This document shows positions 54,024-61,794 of a stretch of DNA of 64,000 bases, one piece after another. The position numbers and the translations under genes are program-made. The stretch covers positions 9,646 to 73,645 of the forward strand of contig CAJOCT010000001.1 of NCBI GenBank assembly GCA_905236725.1. The letters run 5' to 3'. The notes under the pieces are model-generated. The model saw only the letters and a list, made by a program, of their open reading frames with translations, had not been told where the DNA came from and made no database searches. How positions within the stretch are numbered: position 1 is the stretch's first letter; every line of letters begins with the position of its first letter. The DNA comes from an uncultured Selenomonadaceae bacterium. Its GTDB lineage: Bacteria; Bacillota; Negativicutes; Selenomonadales; Selenomonadaceae.

Positions 54024-55070
54024 TCAAATCGGACGAAAAGAAAATTTTTGTCGCGGCTTAATGTAACCCGTCAAAAAATTTTCTTCGTTCAGAATTGTCG
54101 CAACGGTGTTCACCCTGTCATCGGGCGGCAAAATATTTTCGACAATTTGAACTTCGCCGACATATCTTCCAAAATTTTCGTTGTCTATGGTCACATCTCC
54201 AAAAGTTCTTTCAGTCGGAGAATTATTTGCTTTAATCGTGCCGCCGAGCTGTTTTAAAATCTTTCTGCCTTCAACCGCGCGAATGACAGATTTTGAAACG
54301 TCCGGGCGACGCGTGAATTTACTTTGCAAAAGTTTTTGAGAAATTTCGTCTTCAGTCAAAATTTTCACCTGCATAATAACTTCGTCGTCAATTATTTTTG
54401 ATAACGCCGATAAATCTTTTTCGGACGGCAGACCGTCGCCGATAATTATGAAATCCGCGCCGAGAGCCGCCAAAAATCTCGCTGATAAGTCCGTCGAAAA
54501 ATTTCTGCAGTCTTCCAAAGTCGGCAAACCTTCACAAAGCGGAAGACGCGGCTTGTTCAAACTTTGAACAAATGCCCCTGCAGAAATTCCGAAGTCGTGA
54601 AAAATTTTATTTTGATTTTCAAAAAAATATGAGTCCAATCCCGTGTGCGGATGCGGATAAAAATTATGCAACGCCTCAATGTTATCAAAATTCGCGCCAC
54701 AGTTTTTAATCGAGGTCAAAAAATCTTTCGTGACGGTCGAGGCGTTCAGTTGAATTTTCCTAACCTTGCTAAGTTCGGCAACTTTTTCCGCGCTGAAACC
54801 GTCATCGAGCCTTAAAGTCAACCCGTCCAAGTCGAAGTCAGAAATATTTTCGGGATTGACATCAATAATAATTTCAAAATTATTTTCGATTCCCGCGGCA
54901 AGCACTATTGCAAATTCATCGAGAAATTTTTCGCCGTCCGCAGTCGATTCGGGAATTTGCGCCGAAGTGAAAAGCCTTGAAAGTCCCATCGATGCGGCTT
55001 TTTTAATCAGCGAAATATTTTCTTCTACGCCATACCCGAGTCCCGCATATACAGATATTCCATTCCGCAT
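54024..55070 (-). CDS. mupG: DUF871/MupG-type 6-phospho-N-acetylmuramidase
   Basis: N-terminal GISVYAGLGYGVEENISLIKKAASMGLSRLFTS matches the DUF871 pattern. Sits directly downstream of murQ. Confidence 0.7.
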   Translation of the reverse strand: MRNGISVYAGLGYGVEENISLIKKAASMGLSRLFTSAQIPESTADGEKFLDEFAIVLAAGIENNFEIIIDVNPENISDFDLDGLTLRLDDGFSAEKVAELSKVRKIQLNASTVTKDFLTSIKNCGANFDNIEALHNFYPHPHTGLDSYFFENQNKIFHDFGISAGAFVQSLNKPRLPLCEGLPTLEDCRNFSTDLSARFLAALGADFIIIGDGLPSEKDLSALSKIIDDEVIMQVKILTEDEISQKLLQSKFTRRPDVSKSVIRAVEGRKILKQLGGTIKANNSPTERTFGDVTIDNENFGRYVGEVQIVENILPPDDRVNTVATILNEENFLTGYIKPRQKFSFRPI

Positions 55071-55086
55071 TTTCGTCTCCTCATTT

Positions 55087-55104
55087 ATTCTATCGCGATA
55101 GAAT
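55087..55104. promoter_or_regulatory. 18-bp perfect palindrome ATTCTATCGCGATAGAAT, 16 nt upstream of the mupG ATG (site 1 of 3)
   Basis: Read directly. Overlaps the murQ stop codon and is followed on the minus strand by AAATGAGGAGACGAAA-ATG. Sister sites at 61765-61782 and 63423-63440. Confidence 0.8.
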
Positions 55105-55920
55105 CTTCATCGACTCTATTGCGCTTTTCGCATGACCGTTACATTTTTTCAACGCCGCAAGAGCTTCGGCTTCCGTGCAATTCGTCGCGGCGATGACAAT
55201 TCTTTTTGCGCGGTCGCGAAGTTTTTCATTCGTCGCGTTCACGTCAACCATCAAATTTCCGTAAACCTTGCCGAGTTTAATCATTGCGCCGGTTGTCAGC
55301 ATATTTAAAATCATTTTCGTAGCAGTACCCGCCTTCATTCGAGTCGAGCCGGTTATAACTTCCGCGCCGGTTACCGCCGTCAGAGCAATATCGGAAATTT
55401 TTGCAAGTGCAGAATTTTCAACGCAAGAAATCCCGACAGTTGCCGCGCCGATTTTTTTCGCGTACTCAATTCCGCTCAAGACGTAAGGCGTTCGACCCGA
55501 TGCGGCAATTCCGACTAAAACGTCTTTATCAGAAAAATTTTTTTCGGCAAGGTCAGAAAACGCCGCGGATTTATCGTCCTCCGCGCCCTCAACCGCGCTG
55601 ATTAAAGCTGCATTGCCGCCCGCGATAATTCCCTGAATCATTTCGGGATTTGTTCCGAAAGTCGGCGGACATTCCGACGCGTCCAAAACTCCGAGCCTGC
55701 CCGAAGTTCCCGCGCCTATGTAGAAAAGTCTTCCGCCGCCGGAAAGTTTTTCCGCAACGAGTTCAACCGCCTCTGCAACGGAAGGCAAAATTTTTTCGAC
55801 TGCCGACGCAACTTTTTTGTCTTCGTCATTGATAATTTTCAACATTTCCAAAGTCGAACACTTATCAATATTCGCGCTGGCAGAATTTCTCTGTTCTGTT
55901 GTCAATTCCGAAAAATCCAT
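55090..55920 (-). CDS. murQ: N-acetylmuramic acid 6-phosphate etherase
   Basis: SIS domain [27 protein letters not shown]-terminal TEQRN. Typical ~275 aa length. Confidence 0.9.
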   Translation of the reverse strand: MDFSELTTEQRNSASANIDKCSTLEMLKIINDEDKKVASAVEKILPSVAEAVELVAEKLSGGGRLFYIGAGTSGRLGVLDASECPPTFGTNPEMIQGIIAGGNAALISAVEGAEDDKSAAFSDLAEKNFSDKDVLVGIAASGRTPYVLSGIEYAKKIGAATVGISCVENSALAKISDIALTAVTGAEVITGSTRMKAGTATKMILNMLTTGAMIKLGKVYGNLMVDVNATNEKLRDRAKRIVIAATNCTEAEALAALKKCNGHAKSAIESMKILSR

Positions 55921-55937
55921 TTAACCACCGCCTTTGA

Positions 55938-55972
55938 TAATTCGTAATGCGTAATGCGTAATGCGTAATTTT
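55938..55972 (-). repeat. Heptamer tandem array (TAATGCG-type) in the murQ 5' leader
   Basis: Plus strand reads TAATTCG TAATGCG TAATGCG TAATGCG TAATTTT. The array ends 17 nt from the murQ ATG. Shares the 21-nt string TAATTCGTAATGCGTAATGCG with 24345-24365. Confidence 0.85.
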
Positions 55973-56044
55973 CAGTAATTGCACATCTCGCATCAATCAA
56001 TCACGCCAATTTTTGCAATAAAAAATAAATCCCTAATATAAATT

Positions 56045-56058
56045 TATCAACGTTGATA
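56045..56058. promoter_or_regulatory. 14-bp perfect palindrome TATCAACGTTGATA upstream of murQ (candidate operator)
   Basis: Read directly. The AACGTT core resembles LacI/GalR-type operator symmetry. About 125 nt upstream of the murQ ATG. Confidence 0.45.
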
Positions 56059-56075
56059 TAATTTCAAACTTAAAA

Positions 56076-56915
56076 TCACGGAATTGGAATCAGTTCGGCA
56101 ACTTCGGGGTTACCGTCCTTAATCAAACGATTCTTGAATCTCGAAAGTGCCGCAACTACCGGCGCACCTTTCAAGCGCATTTTGAATCTTAACAAAGTAT
56201 GAGAATTTGAGCCGTAAATCGGAATTCTGTCCAGAACGTAATTTTTCGGCTGATAATGCGCCAGACCGTAATCCATCGCGAAGCCCGCGCGATAGCCGAC
56301 CTCTTTGCAAAGTTCTTCTGCCTCAATCGTGTACCTTCCGTCGGGATAGGCGATAAACTTCGCAGGCTTTTTCAAATACCATTCAATCGCCTGTTTTGAG
56401 CCGTAAATCTGATCCCAAAGTTTGTCGCGCGAAGAAATTTCTAAAAAACTTTTGTTGCTCAGCGTGTGACTTTCGATGTCAACCAGACCGCTCGCCTGCA
56501 TTTCCTGCGCCTGTTGCCAAGTGATGTAATTCGGATAAAGATTTATGTTATCGGTTATGACGAACATTGTGGCTCTAAGATTGTATTTTTGCAAAATCGG
56601 GAAAACATTTTTGTAGTTGTCCGAGTGACCGCCGTCAAAAGTAACTACAACAGGCTTGCCCGGCAAAGAGCCTCCGCCTTCCCAAGCGTCCAAAAGTTCG
56701 TCGGGAGTCATCACCGTGTAGCCGTCGTCAACCAAAAATTTCATCTGCGCGTCGAATTGCTCAACAGTCAGCGTAAAAGCATTTTTATCGACATCATTAA
56801 CACGGTAATAAGTCAAAACAGGCACGCCGCCCGCCTCTCGCTCAAAAAGCCAAAACAAAAATCCCGAAACCGCAACGACGGTGAGTATAACTAAAGTTAT
56901 CACTGCTCTTTTCAT
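56076..56915 (-). CDS. Polysaccharide deacetylase (NodB homology, PgdA-like), membrane-anchored
   Basis: VVVTFDGGHSDNYKNVFPILQKYNLRATMFV. N-terminal TM. Start moved to ATG 56915 (GAGGAG SD). Confidence 0.8.
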   Translation of the reverse strand: MKRAVITLVILTVVAVSGFLFWLFEREAGGVPVLTYYRVNDVDKNAFTLTVEQFDAQMKFLVDDGYTVMTPDELLDAWEGGGSLPGKPVVVTFDGGHSDNYKNVFPILQKYNLRATMFVITDNINLYPNYITWQQAQEMQASGLVDIESHTLSNKSFLEISSRDKLWDQIYGSKQAIEWYLKKPAKFIAYPDGRYTIEAEELCKEVGYRAGFAMDYGLAHYQPKNYVLDRIPIYGSNSHTLLRFKMRLKGAPVVAALSRFKNRLIKDGNPEVAELIPIP

Positions 56916-57081
56916 AACAAAGTTCTCCTCAAACTCGGCAAACCACTTCTTCAATCTAAAAAAACTTTCATACTTTTTTCAGTTTATTTCGCTTAATATA
57001 TAACAATGCGGCAAAAGTGTCAAGAATTTTTCACCAATATTTATTGCAAAAAAAAATCTCCCGAAGGAGAAGAAAATTTTT

Positions 57082-58059
57082 TTAGTCGCGATTTGTCAAA
57101 CCGAGTGATTGCAAAATTTCCAAGTCGCCTTTAATTGTCGTGCCGGAAGTCGTCAGCATATTTCCGGTAATAGAGGCGGACGCACCGTTCAAAAAAGCAC
57201 TTGCGCCCTTGTCCGGCAAAAGTTTTCTTCCCGCGGCAAGTCGAATATTTGCAGTCGGATTTATAAATCTGAAAATTGCAATCGTCCGCAAAATTTCTTC
57301 GGCGGAAAGCGGCGACAAATTTTCCAACGCGGTACCTTTGACAGCCATCAGCGCGTTTATCGGGATCGACTCAATTTTTAATTCGGCGAGTTCAAAAGCC
57401 ATATCGATTCTGTCAGAAAAATTTTCGCCCATTCCGATAATCCCGCCCGAACAAACATTTAAACCAAATTTTTGCGCAAGTTTAATCGTGTTAATTCTGT
57501 CGTCGAAAGTATGAGTCGTGCAAATTTGCGGGAAAAATCTGCGCGAAGTTTCGATATTGTGATGATAACTTTTCACACCCGCCGCCCGCAGTCTTTTGAA
57601 TTGCTCCGCCGTCAAAATTCCGTGAGAGGCGCATAAATCGATTTTTAAATTTTTTCGCAGAAGTTCATAAGCCGCAATCGCCTTGTCAAAATCTTTTCCG
57701 CTCAACGCCCGACCGCTCGTCACGATTGAAAAACGATTCACGCCGAATTTTTCGTTGACTTTCGCGGCAGTCAAAATTTCTTTCGCAGGCAAAAAATTAT
57801 ATTCGTCGATACCTGTTTTATGGCGGGCAGATTGAGCGCAGTACTTGCAATCTTCGCCGCAACGTCCGCTCTTGCCGTTGATAATCGTACACAAGTCAAT
57901 GTGATTCCCGCAAAAATTTTTCTGAATCAAATGTGCGCCGTGCTGAAGTTCTTCAAGAGGAGTCGTCAAAAAAAATCCAACGTCATCTTTTCGCGTTAAT
58001 CTTTCGCCGGAAATAATTTTCTCCGCAATTTTTTCCGCAGTCAAATTTTTTGTATCCAT
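57082..58059 (-). CDS. bioB: Biotin synthase
   Basis: Radical SAM cluster CGEDCKYCAQS, YHHNIETS, GGIIGMGE. Confidence 0.88.
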   Translation of the reverse strand: MDTKNLTAEKIAEKIISGERLTRKDDVGFFLTTPLEELQHGAHLIQKNFCGNHIDLCTIINGKSGRCGEDCKYCAQSARHKTGIDEYNFLPAKEILTAAKVNEKFGVNRFSIVTSGRALSGKDFDKAIAAYELLRKNLKIDLCASHGILTAEQFKRLRAAGVKSYHHNIETSRRFFPQICTTHTFDDRINTIKLAQKFGLNVCSGGIIGMGENFSDRIDMAFELAELKIESIPINALMAVKGTALENLSPLSAEEILRTIAIFRFINPTANIRLAAGRKLLPDKGASAFLNGASASITGNMLTTSGTTIKGDLEILQSLGLTNRD

Positions 58060-58124
58060 CCAAAAACTCTCCCAAAAAAATTTTTTTGAATGTTAACAAA
58101 TAATTTTGACTCGGTCAACTATTT

Positions 58125-58724
58125 TCAAAACTCAATAAAATTTTTCAAAACTTTTAAGCCGACATCGCCGGATTTTTCGGGGTGAAATTGAGTCGCGAAA
58201 ATATTTTCACTTTCGACAGCCGCAGTAATTTTTTCACCGTAATCACTCGTCGCCGAAATCAAATTTTTATCAAGAGGCGCGGCGTGATAGCTGTGAACAA
58301 AATAAAAGTACGAATTATTTTTCAATCCCGCGAAAATTTTCGATTCGCCGAAATTTACCGCGTTCCAGCCCATATGAGGAATTTTTAAATTTTCCGCAGA
58401 AATTTTTTTGACTTCGCCTTTAAAAATTCCAAGACCTTTGACATTCGGCGATTCCTCACTTTTCTCGAACAAAATTTGAAGTCCGACACAAATGCCGAGT
58501 AAAAATTTTTTCGCTGCAATCTGTTCCAAAATCGTCGGAATTAAACCCGTCGCCTCAAGATTTTTCATACAGTCGCCGAATGCTCCGACTCCCGGCAAAA
58601 TCATTTTTTCCGCGCGTTTTAAATCTTCAGCGTCACTCGTAATTTTCACATCGCCGCCGACAAAACTCACAGCCTTAGCCACGCTGTACAAATTCCCCAC
58701 GCCGTAATCAATTAAAGCCGTCAT
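58125..58724 (-). CDS. hisH: Imidazole glycerol phosphate synthase glutaminase subunit HisH-type amidotransferase (orphan)
   Basis: IDYGVGNLYSVAKA, PGVGAFG, the catalytic Cys in GICVGLQ, HSY, FHPEKSG. No other his genes in the window. Confidence 0.8.
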   Translation of the reverse strand: MTALIDYGVGNLYSVAKAVSFVGGDVKITSDAEDLKRAEKMILPGVGAFGDCMKNLEATGLIPTILEQIAAKKFLLGICVGLQILFEKSEESPNVKGLGIFKGEVKKISAENLKIPHMGWNAVNFGESKIFAGLKNNSYFYFVHSYHAAPLDKNLISATSDYGEKITAAVESENIFATQFHPEKSGDVGLKVLKNFIEF

Positions 58725-58739
58725 AAATTTTTCAATCTC

Positions 58740-59663
58740 CTAAACTCTCAAAAAATTTCTCATCGCGCTTAAATCGTCGCGAAGTTGTTTTTTCAACTCA
58801 TCGACTGACGAAAAAGTTTTCTCGTCCCTAAGTTTTTCGATAAAGCTGACTGAAATTTCTTCGCCGTAAATTTCCGCGTTGAAGTCGTCGATAAAAATTT
58901 CCAGCCGCCTTTTCGCAACTTTAAAAGTCGGATTGTCGCCGATATTCGCAATTCCCGAAAAAATTTTCCCGCGAACTTTTACAAGCACGATATAAGCACC
59001 GTTAGGCAACATCGCGCGATTGTCGGCAATTTCCAAATTCGCCGTCGGAAATCCCAACTTTCGCCCGCGCTTATCGCCGTGAACAACTTCCGAAACATAA
59101 GTAAAATTTCTGCCGAGAAGTTCATTTGCCGCCGCCAAATTTCCTTCGGCAATCAACGCACGAATTTTTGTACTGCTCACGATTTTTTTTTCGACAGTGA
59201 CTGCGGGACAAATTTCTGCCTTGAATCCGTAATTTTCGCCCTCACGAATCAAAACTCTGCCGTTGCCCTTGCCGAATCTGCCGAAAGTGTAATTCGGTCC
59301 GGTGACGATGTACGCGGGAGAAATTTTTTCGCGCAGTAAGTCCAAAAATTCTTCAGGCGTTTTTTTGCTGAACTCTTTCGTAAAGGGAATTTCGATTAAA
59401 ATTTTTATGCCGAGTTCGGAAAAAATTTCACGGCGCAAACTTCGACTGCCGATCATAAGCGGCGCGGATTTTTCGTCCAAAATCGTCAGCGGGTGATTTG
59501 AAAATGTGAAGACCATCGCCGTCCCGTCAATTTTTTTCGCGATTTCCACAGCCCGCCCGATAACTTCCGCGTGTCCTAAATGCACTCCGTCGAACATTCC
59601 CAGCGCGACGACGGGACGCGGATATTTTTGTGTCAGCGCGGATATTTTTTTGATAATTTCCAT
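58740..59663 (-). CDS. ribF: Bifunctional riboflavin kinase / FMN adenylyltransferase
   Basis: ALGMFDGVHLGHAEVI, VVHGDKRGRKLGFPTANL. Start moved to ATG 59663 (AGGAG SD). Confidence 0.88.
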   Translation of the reverse strand: MEIIKKISALTQKYPRPVVALGMFDGVHLGHAEVIGRAVEIAKKIDGTAMVFTFSNHPLTILDEKSAPLMIGSRSLRREIFSELGIKILIEIPFTKEFSKKTPEEFLDLLREKISPAYIVTGPNYTFGRFGKGNGRVLIREGENYGFKAEICPAVTVEKKIVSSTKIRALIAEGNLAAANELLGRNFTYVSEVVHGDKRGRKLGFPTANLEIADNRAMLPNGAYIVLVKVRGKIFSGIANIGDNPTFKVAKRRLEIFIDDFNAEIYGEEISVSFIEKLRDEKTFSSVDELKKQLRDDLSAMRNFLRV

Positions 59664-59788
59664 TTCGATTACTCCTAACTTCGCGAAATGATTCTGTTTG
59701 CAAAAAAATTTTCCTGCCGCTTTAAAATTGGTGAAAAAATTTTCGAAGTGAAGTATAATGACAAAAAAATTTTTCGAGGTTGAAAAAA

Positions 59789-60127
59789 ATGCATGAAGCA
59801 GCACTGGCAGAAAATATTTTAAAAATTGCGATTGATGCCGCCGAAAAAGTTCACGCAAAAAAAATTTCCGCAATCGGTCTGAAACTCGGCGAAATGTCGG
59901 GCGTGGAAGTAGAGGCGTTGAATTTGAGTTTTGAAGTTTTGAGCAAGGGAACTTTGGCGGAAAATTCGACGCTGAAAATTAACCGCGTGCCGATTCAGGC
60001 AAAATGCAACAAGTGCGGAAAAATTTTTCGACTTGAAAATTATAATTTTTTTTGCCCGGAATGTGACGGGATTTTAATTTTGCAGAGCGGTCGGGAACTT
60101 TTGGTTGAGTTCGTCGATTGCGATTGA
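59789..60127 (+). CDS. hypA: Hydrogenase nickel-insertion protein HypA
   Basis: MHEAALAENIL start and a zinc-ribbon CNKCG...CPECDG. 112 aa. Confidence 0.85.
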   Translation: MHEAALAENILKIAIDAAEKVHAKKISAIGLKLGEMSGVEVEALNLSFEVLSKGTLAENSTLKINRVPIQAKCNKCGKIFRLENYNFFCPECDGILILQSGRELLVEFVDCD

Positions 60128-60139
60128 GGAGGAAATTTT

Positions 60140-60991
60140 TTGAACAAAATAAAAGCTCACATAAATAACATTGCGCTGTCGCACACGATTTTTGATTTGC
60201 CGTTCGCATTTATGGGCGCGTTGATGGCATCGGACGGAAAAGTTGACGGGCTGACGATTTTTTTTATCGCGCTGGCGGTGACTTCGGGACGTGCGGCGGC
60301 GTTGGCAATCGACAACCTCGCAGACTTGAAATATGACAAACTTCAACCGCGCTTATCTTATCGGGCAATGGTCAAAGGCGAAATTTCCAAAGCCGAAGCG
60401 CGAATTTTTATTTTAATCTGCCTGCTGATAATGGTCGTGACAGTCGCCTTTTTGCCGCCGATTTGTTTGAAACTTTTACCGCTCGCCGCCCTGCCGTTCA
60501 TAATTTACCCGTTTACAAAAAGATTCACGGGCTGGTGTCATTTATTTTTGGGTTTCGCGCTGGCAATGGCTCCCGCAGGCGGTTGGGTCGCGGCGGGAGG
60601 AGAAATTTTTTCGCCGGCAATGATTTTACTTTGCGCGGGATTGATGTTTTGGATCGCGGGATTTGACGCGATGTACGGAGCGCAAGACGAAAAATTTGAC
60701 AAAGCTCATAAACTTCACTCGCTGGCAACGGAATTTGGCGCGAAGGGAGCATTTAAAATCTCAAAAATTTTTCATATAATTTCAATCGTCAGTTTAGTTT
60801 TGCTCGGAATAATTTTGGATCTCGGCGCGATTTATTTTTTCGGAATCGGCATTGCTGCGGGAACTTTATTCTATCAACATATAATCGTCAGCCCGCGCGA
60901 TTTTCACAGAGTGACGCAGGCTTATTTTATGCGGAACGGAATAGTTTCAGTCGCAATTTTCATTTGTACTTGGCTGAATTATTTAGAATAA
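60140..60991 (+). CDS. UbiA-family aromatic prenyltransferase (MqnP/UbiA-like)
   Basis: Asp-rich motifs NLADLKYD and FDAMYGAQDEKFD. About 8 TM helices. TTG start 7 nt after GGAGG, 12 nt after the hypA stop. Confidence 0.8.
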   Translation: MNKIKAHINNIALSHTIFDLPFAFMGALMASDGKVDGLTIFFIALAVTSGRAAALAIDNLADLKYDKLQPRLSYRAMVKGEISKAEARIFILICLLIMVVTVAFLPPICLKLLPLAALPFIIYPFTKRFTGWCHLFLGFALAMAPAGGWVAAGGEIFSPAMILLCAGLMFWIAGFDAMYGAQDEKFDKAHKLHSLATEFGAKGAFKISKIFHIISIVSLVLLGIILDLGAIYFFGIGIAAGTLFYQHIIVSPRDFHRVTQAYFMRNGIVSVAIFICTWLNYLE

Positions 60992-61007
60992 ATTTTTGGA
61001 GGAAAAA

Positions 61008-61751
61008 ATGAACGTAAGACACACGAAAATTTTAAACCTTGTCAGCGAAAGAAAAAAAATTACAGTCGGTGAACTCTCGGAAATTTTGCACGTCTCCGAA
61101 GTCACAATGAGAAAAGATCTGTCGTTGCTGGAAAAAAATAATTTACTTCGACGGTCTCACGGTTTCGCCGCGATGATTGAAACGGACGATGTCGGCAGTC
61201 GCCTGGCTTTCAATTACGAAACTAAAAAAAATATCGCGCAAAAGGCTGTGGAAATAATCGAGGACGGCGAAACAATTATGATTGAATCCGGCTCGTGTTG
61301 CGCACTTCTTGCCGATGAAATTGTTTCCAACCGCCGCGATGTCACGATTATTACAAATTCGGTTTTTATCGCGTCCTTCATCAGAAAAAAAATCGGCGCA
61401 CATTTAATTTTGCTCGGCGGAGATTTTCAAAACGAAGCTCAAGTTATGGTCGGACCTCTCGTAAAAAAATGCGCGGAGAATTTTTTTGTCGATAAATTTT
61501 TTTGCGGGACGGACGGTTTTAACGATGTCGGTGCGATGTCGGGAGATTTAATGCGGGCGGAGGCTGTAAAAAATATGGCGGAAGTTTCAAACCGCACAAT
61601 TATTTTGACTGAGTCGAAAAAATTTTCTCAACTCGGCGTTGTAAATCTTCTGCCGTACGAAAAAATCAGCGCGATTTATACCGATAAAAAAATTGAATAT
61701 TCCGCCTTGCAAAACCTTCAATCTAAAAATATTCAAGTCGTCACTTGTTAA
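61008..61751 (+). CDS. DeoR/GlpR-family transcriptional regulator
   Basis: N-terminal wHTH RHTKILNLVSERKKITVGELSEILHVSEVTMRKDLSLLE. C-terminal DeoR sugar-binding domain pattern. Confidence 0.85.
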   Translation: MNVRHTKILNLVSERKKITVGELSEILHVSEVTMRKDLSLLEKNNLLRRSHGFAAMIETDDVGSRLAFNYETKKNIAQKAVEIIEDGETIMIESGSCCALLADEIVSNRRDVTIITNSVFIASFIRKKIGAHLILLGGDFQNEAQVMVGPLVKKCAENFFVDKFFCGTDGFNDVGAMSGDLMRAEAVKNMAEVSNRTIILTESKKFSQLGVVNLLPYEKISAIYTDKKIEYSALQNLQSKNIQVVTC

Positions 61752-61764
61752 GTCGAAAAAATTT

Positions 61765-61782
61765 ATTCTATCGCTATAGAAT
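61765..61782. promoter_or_regulatory. Near-perfect 18-bp palindrome ATTCTATCGCTATAGAAT, 12 nt upstream of the DUF4127 gene start (site 2 of 3)
   Basis: Read directly. One central mismatch. Immediately followed by GGAGGGAACATT-TTG. Confidence 0.8.
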
Positions 61783-61794
61783 GGAGGGAACATT

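Noticed and set aside
58060-58124. BirA operator upstream of bioB
   Set aside because: Only a single TGTTAACA element and a TTGAC-N3-GTCAA inverted repeat are present. They fit better as -10/-35 promoter elements (TTGACC-N17-TAACAT). No bipartite BirA-type site is recognisable.
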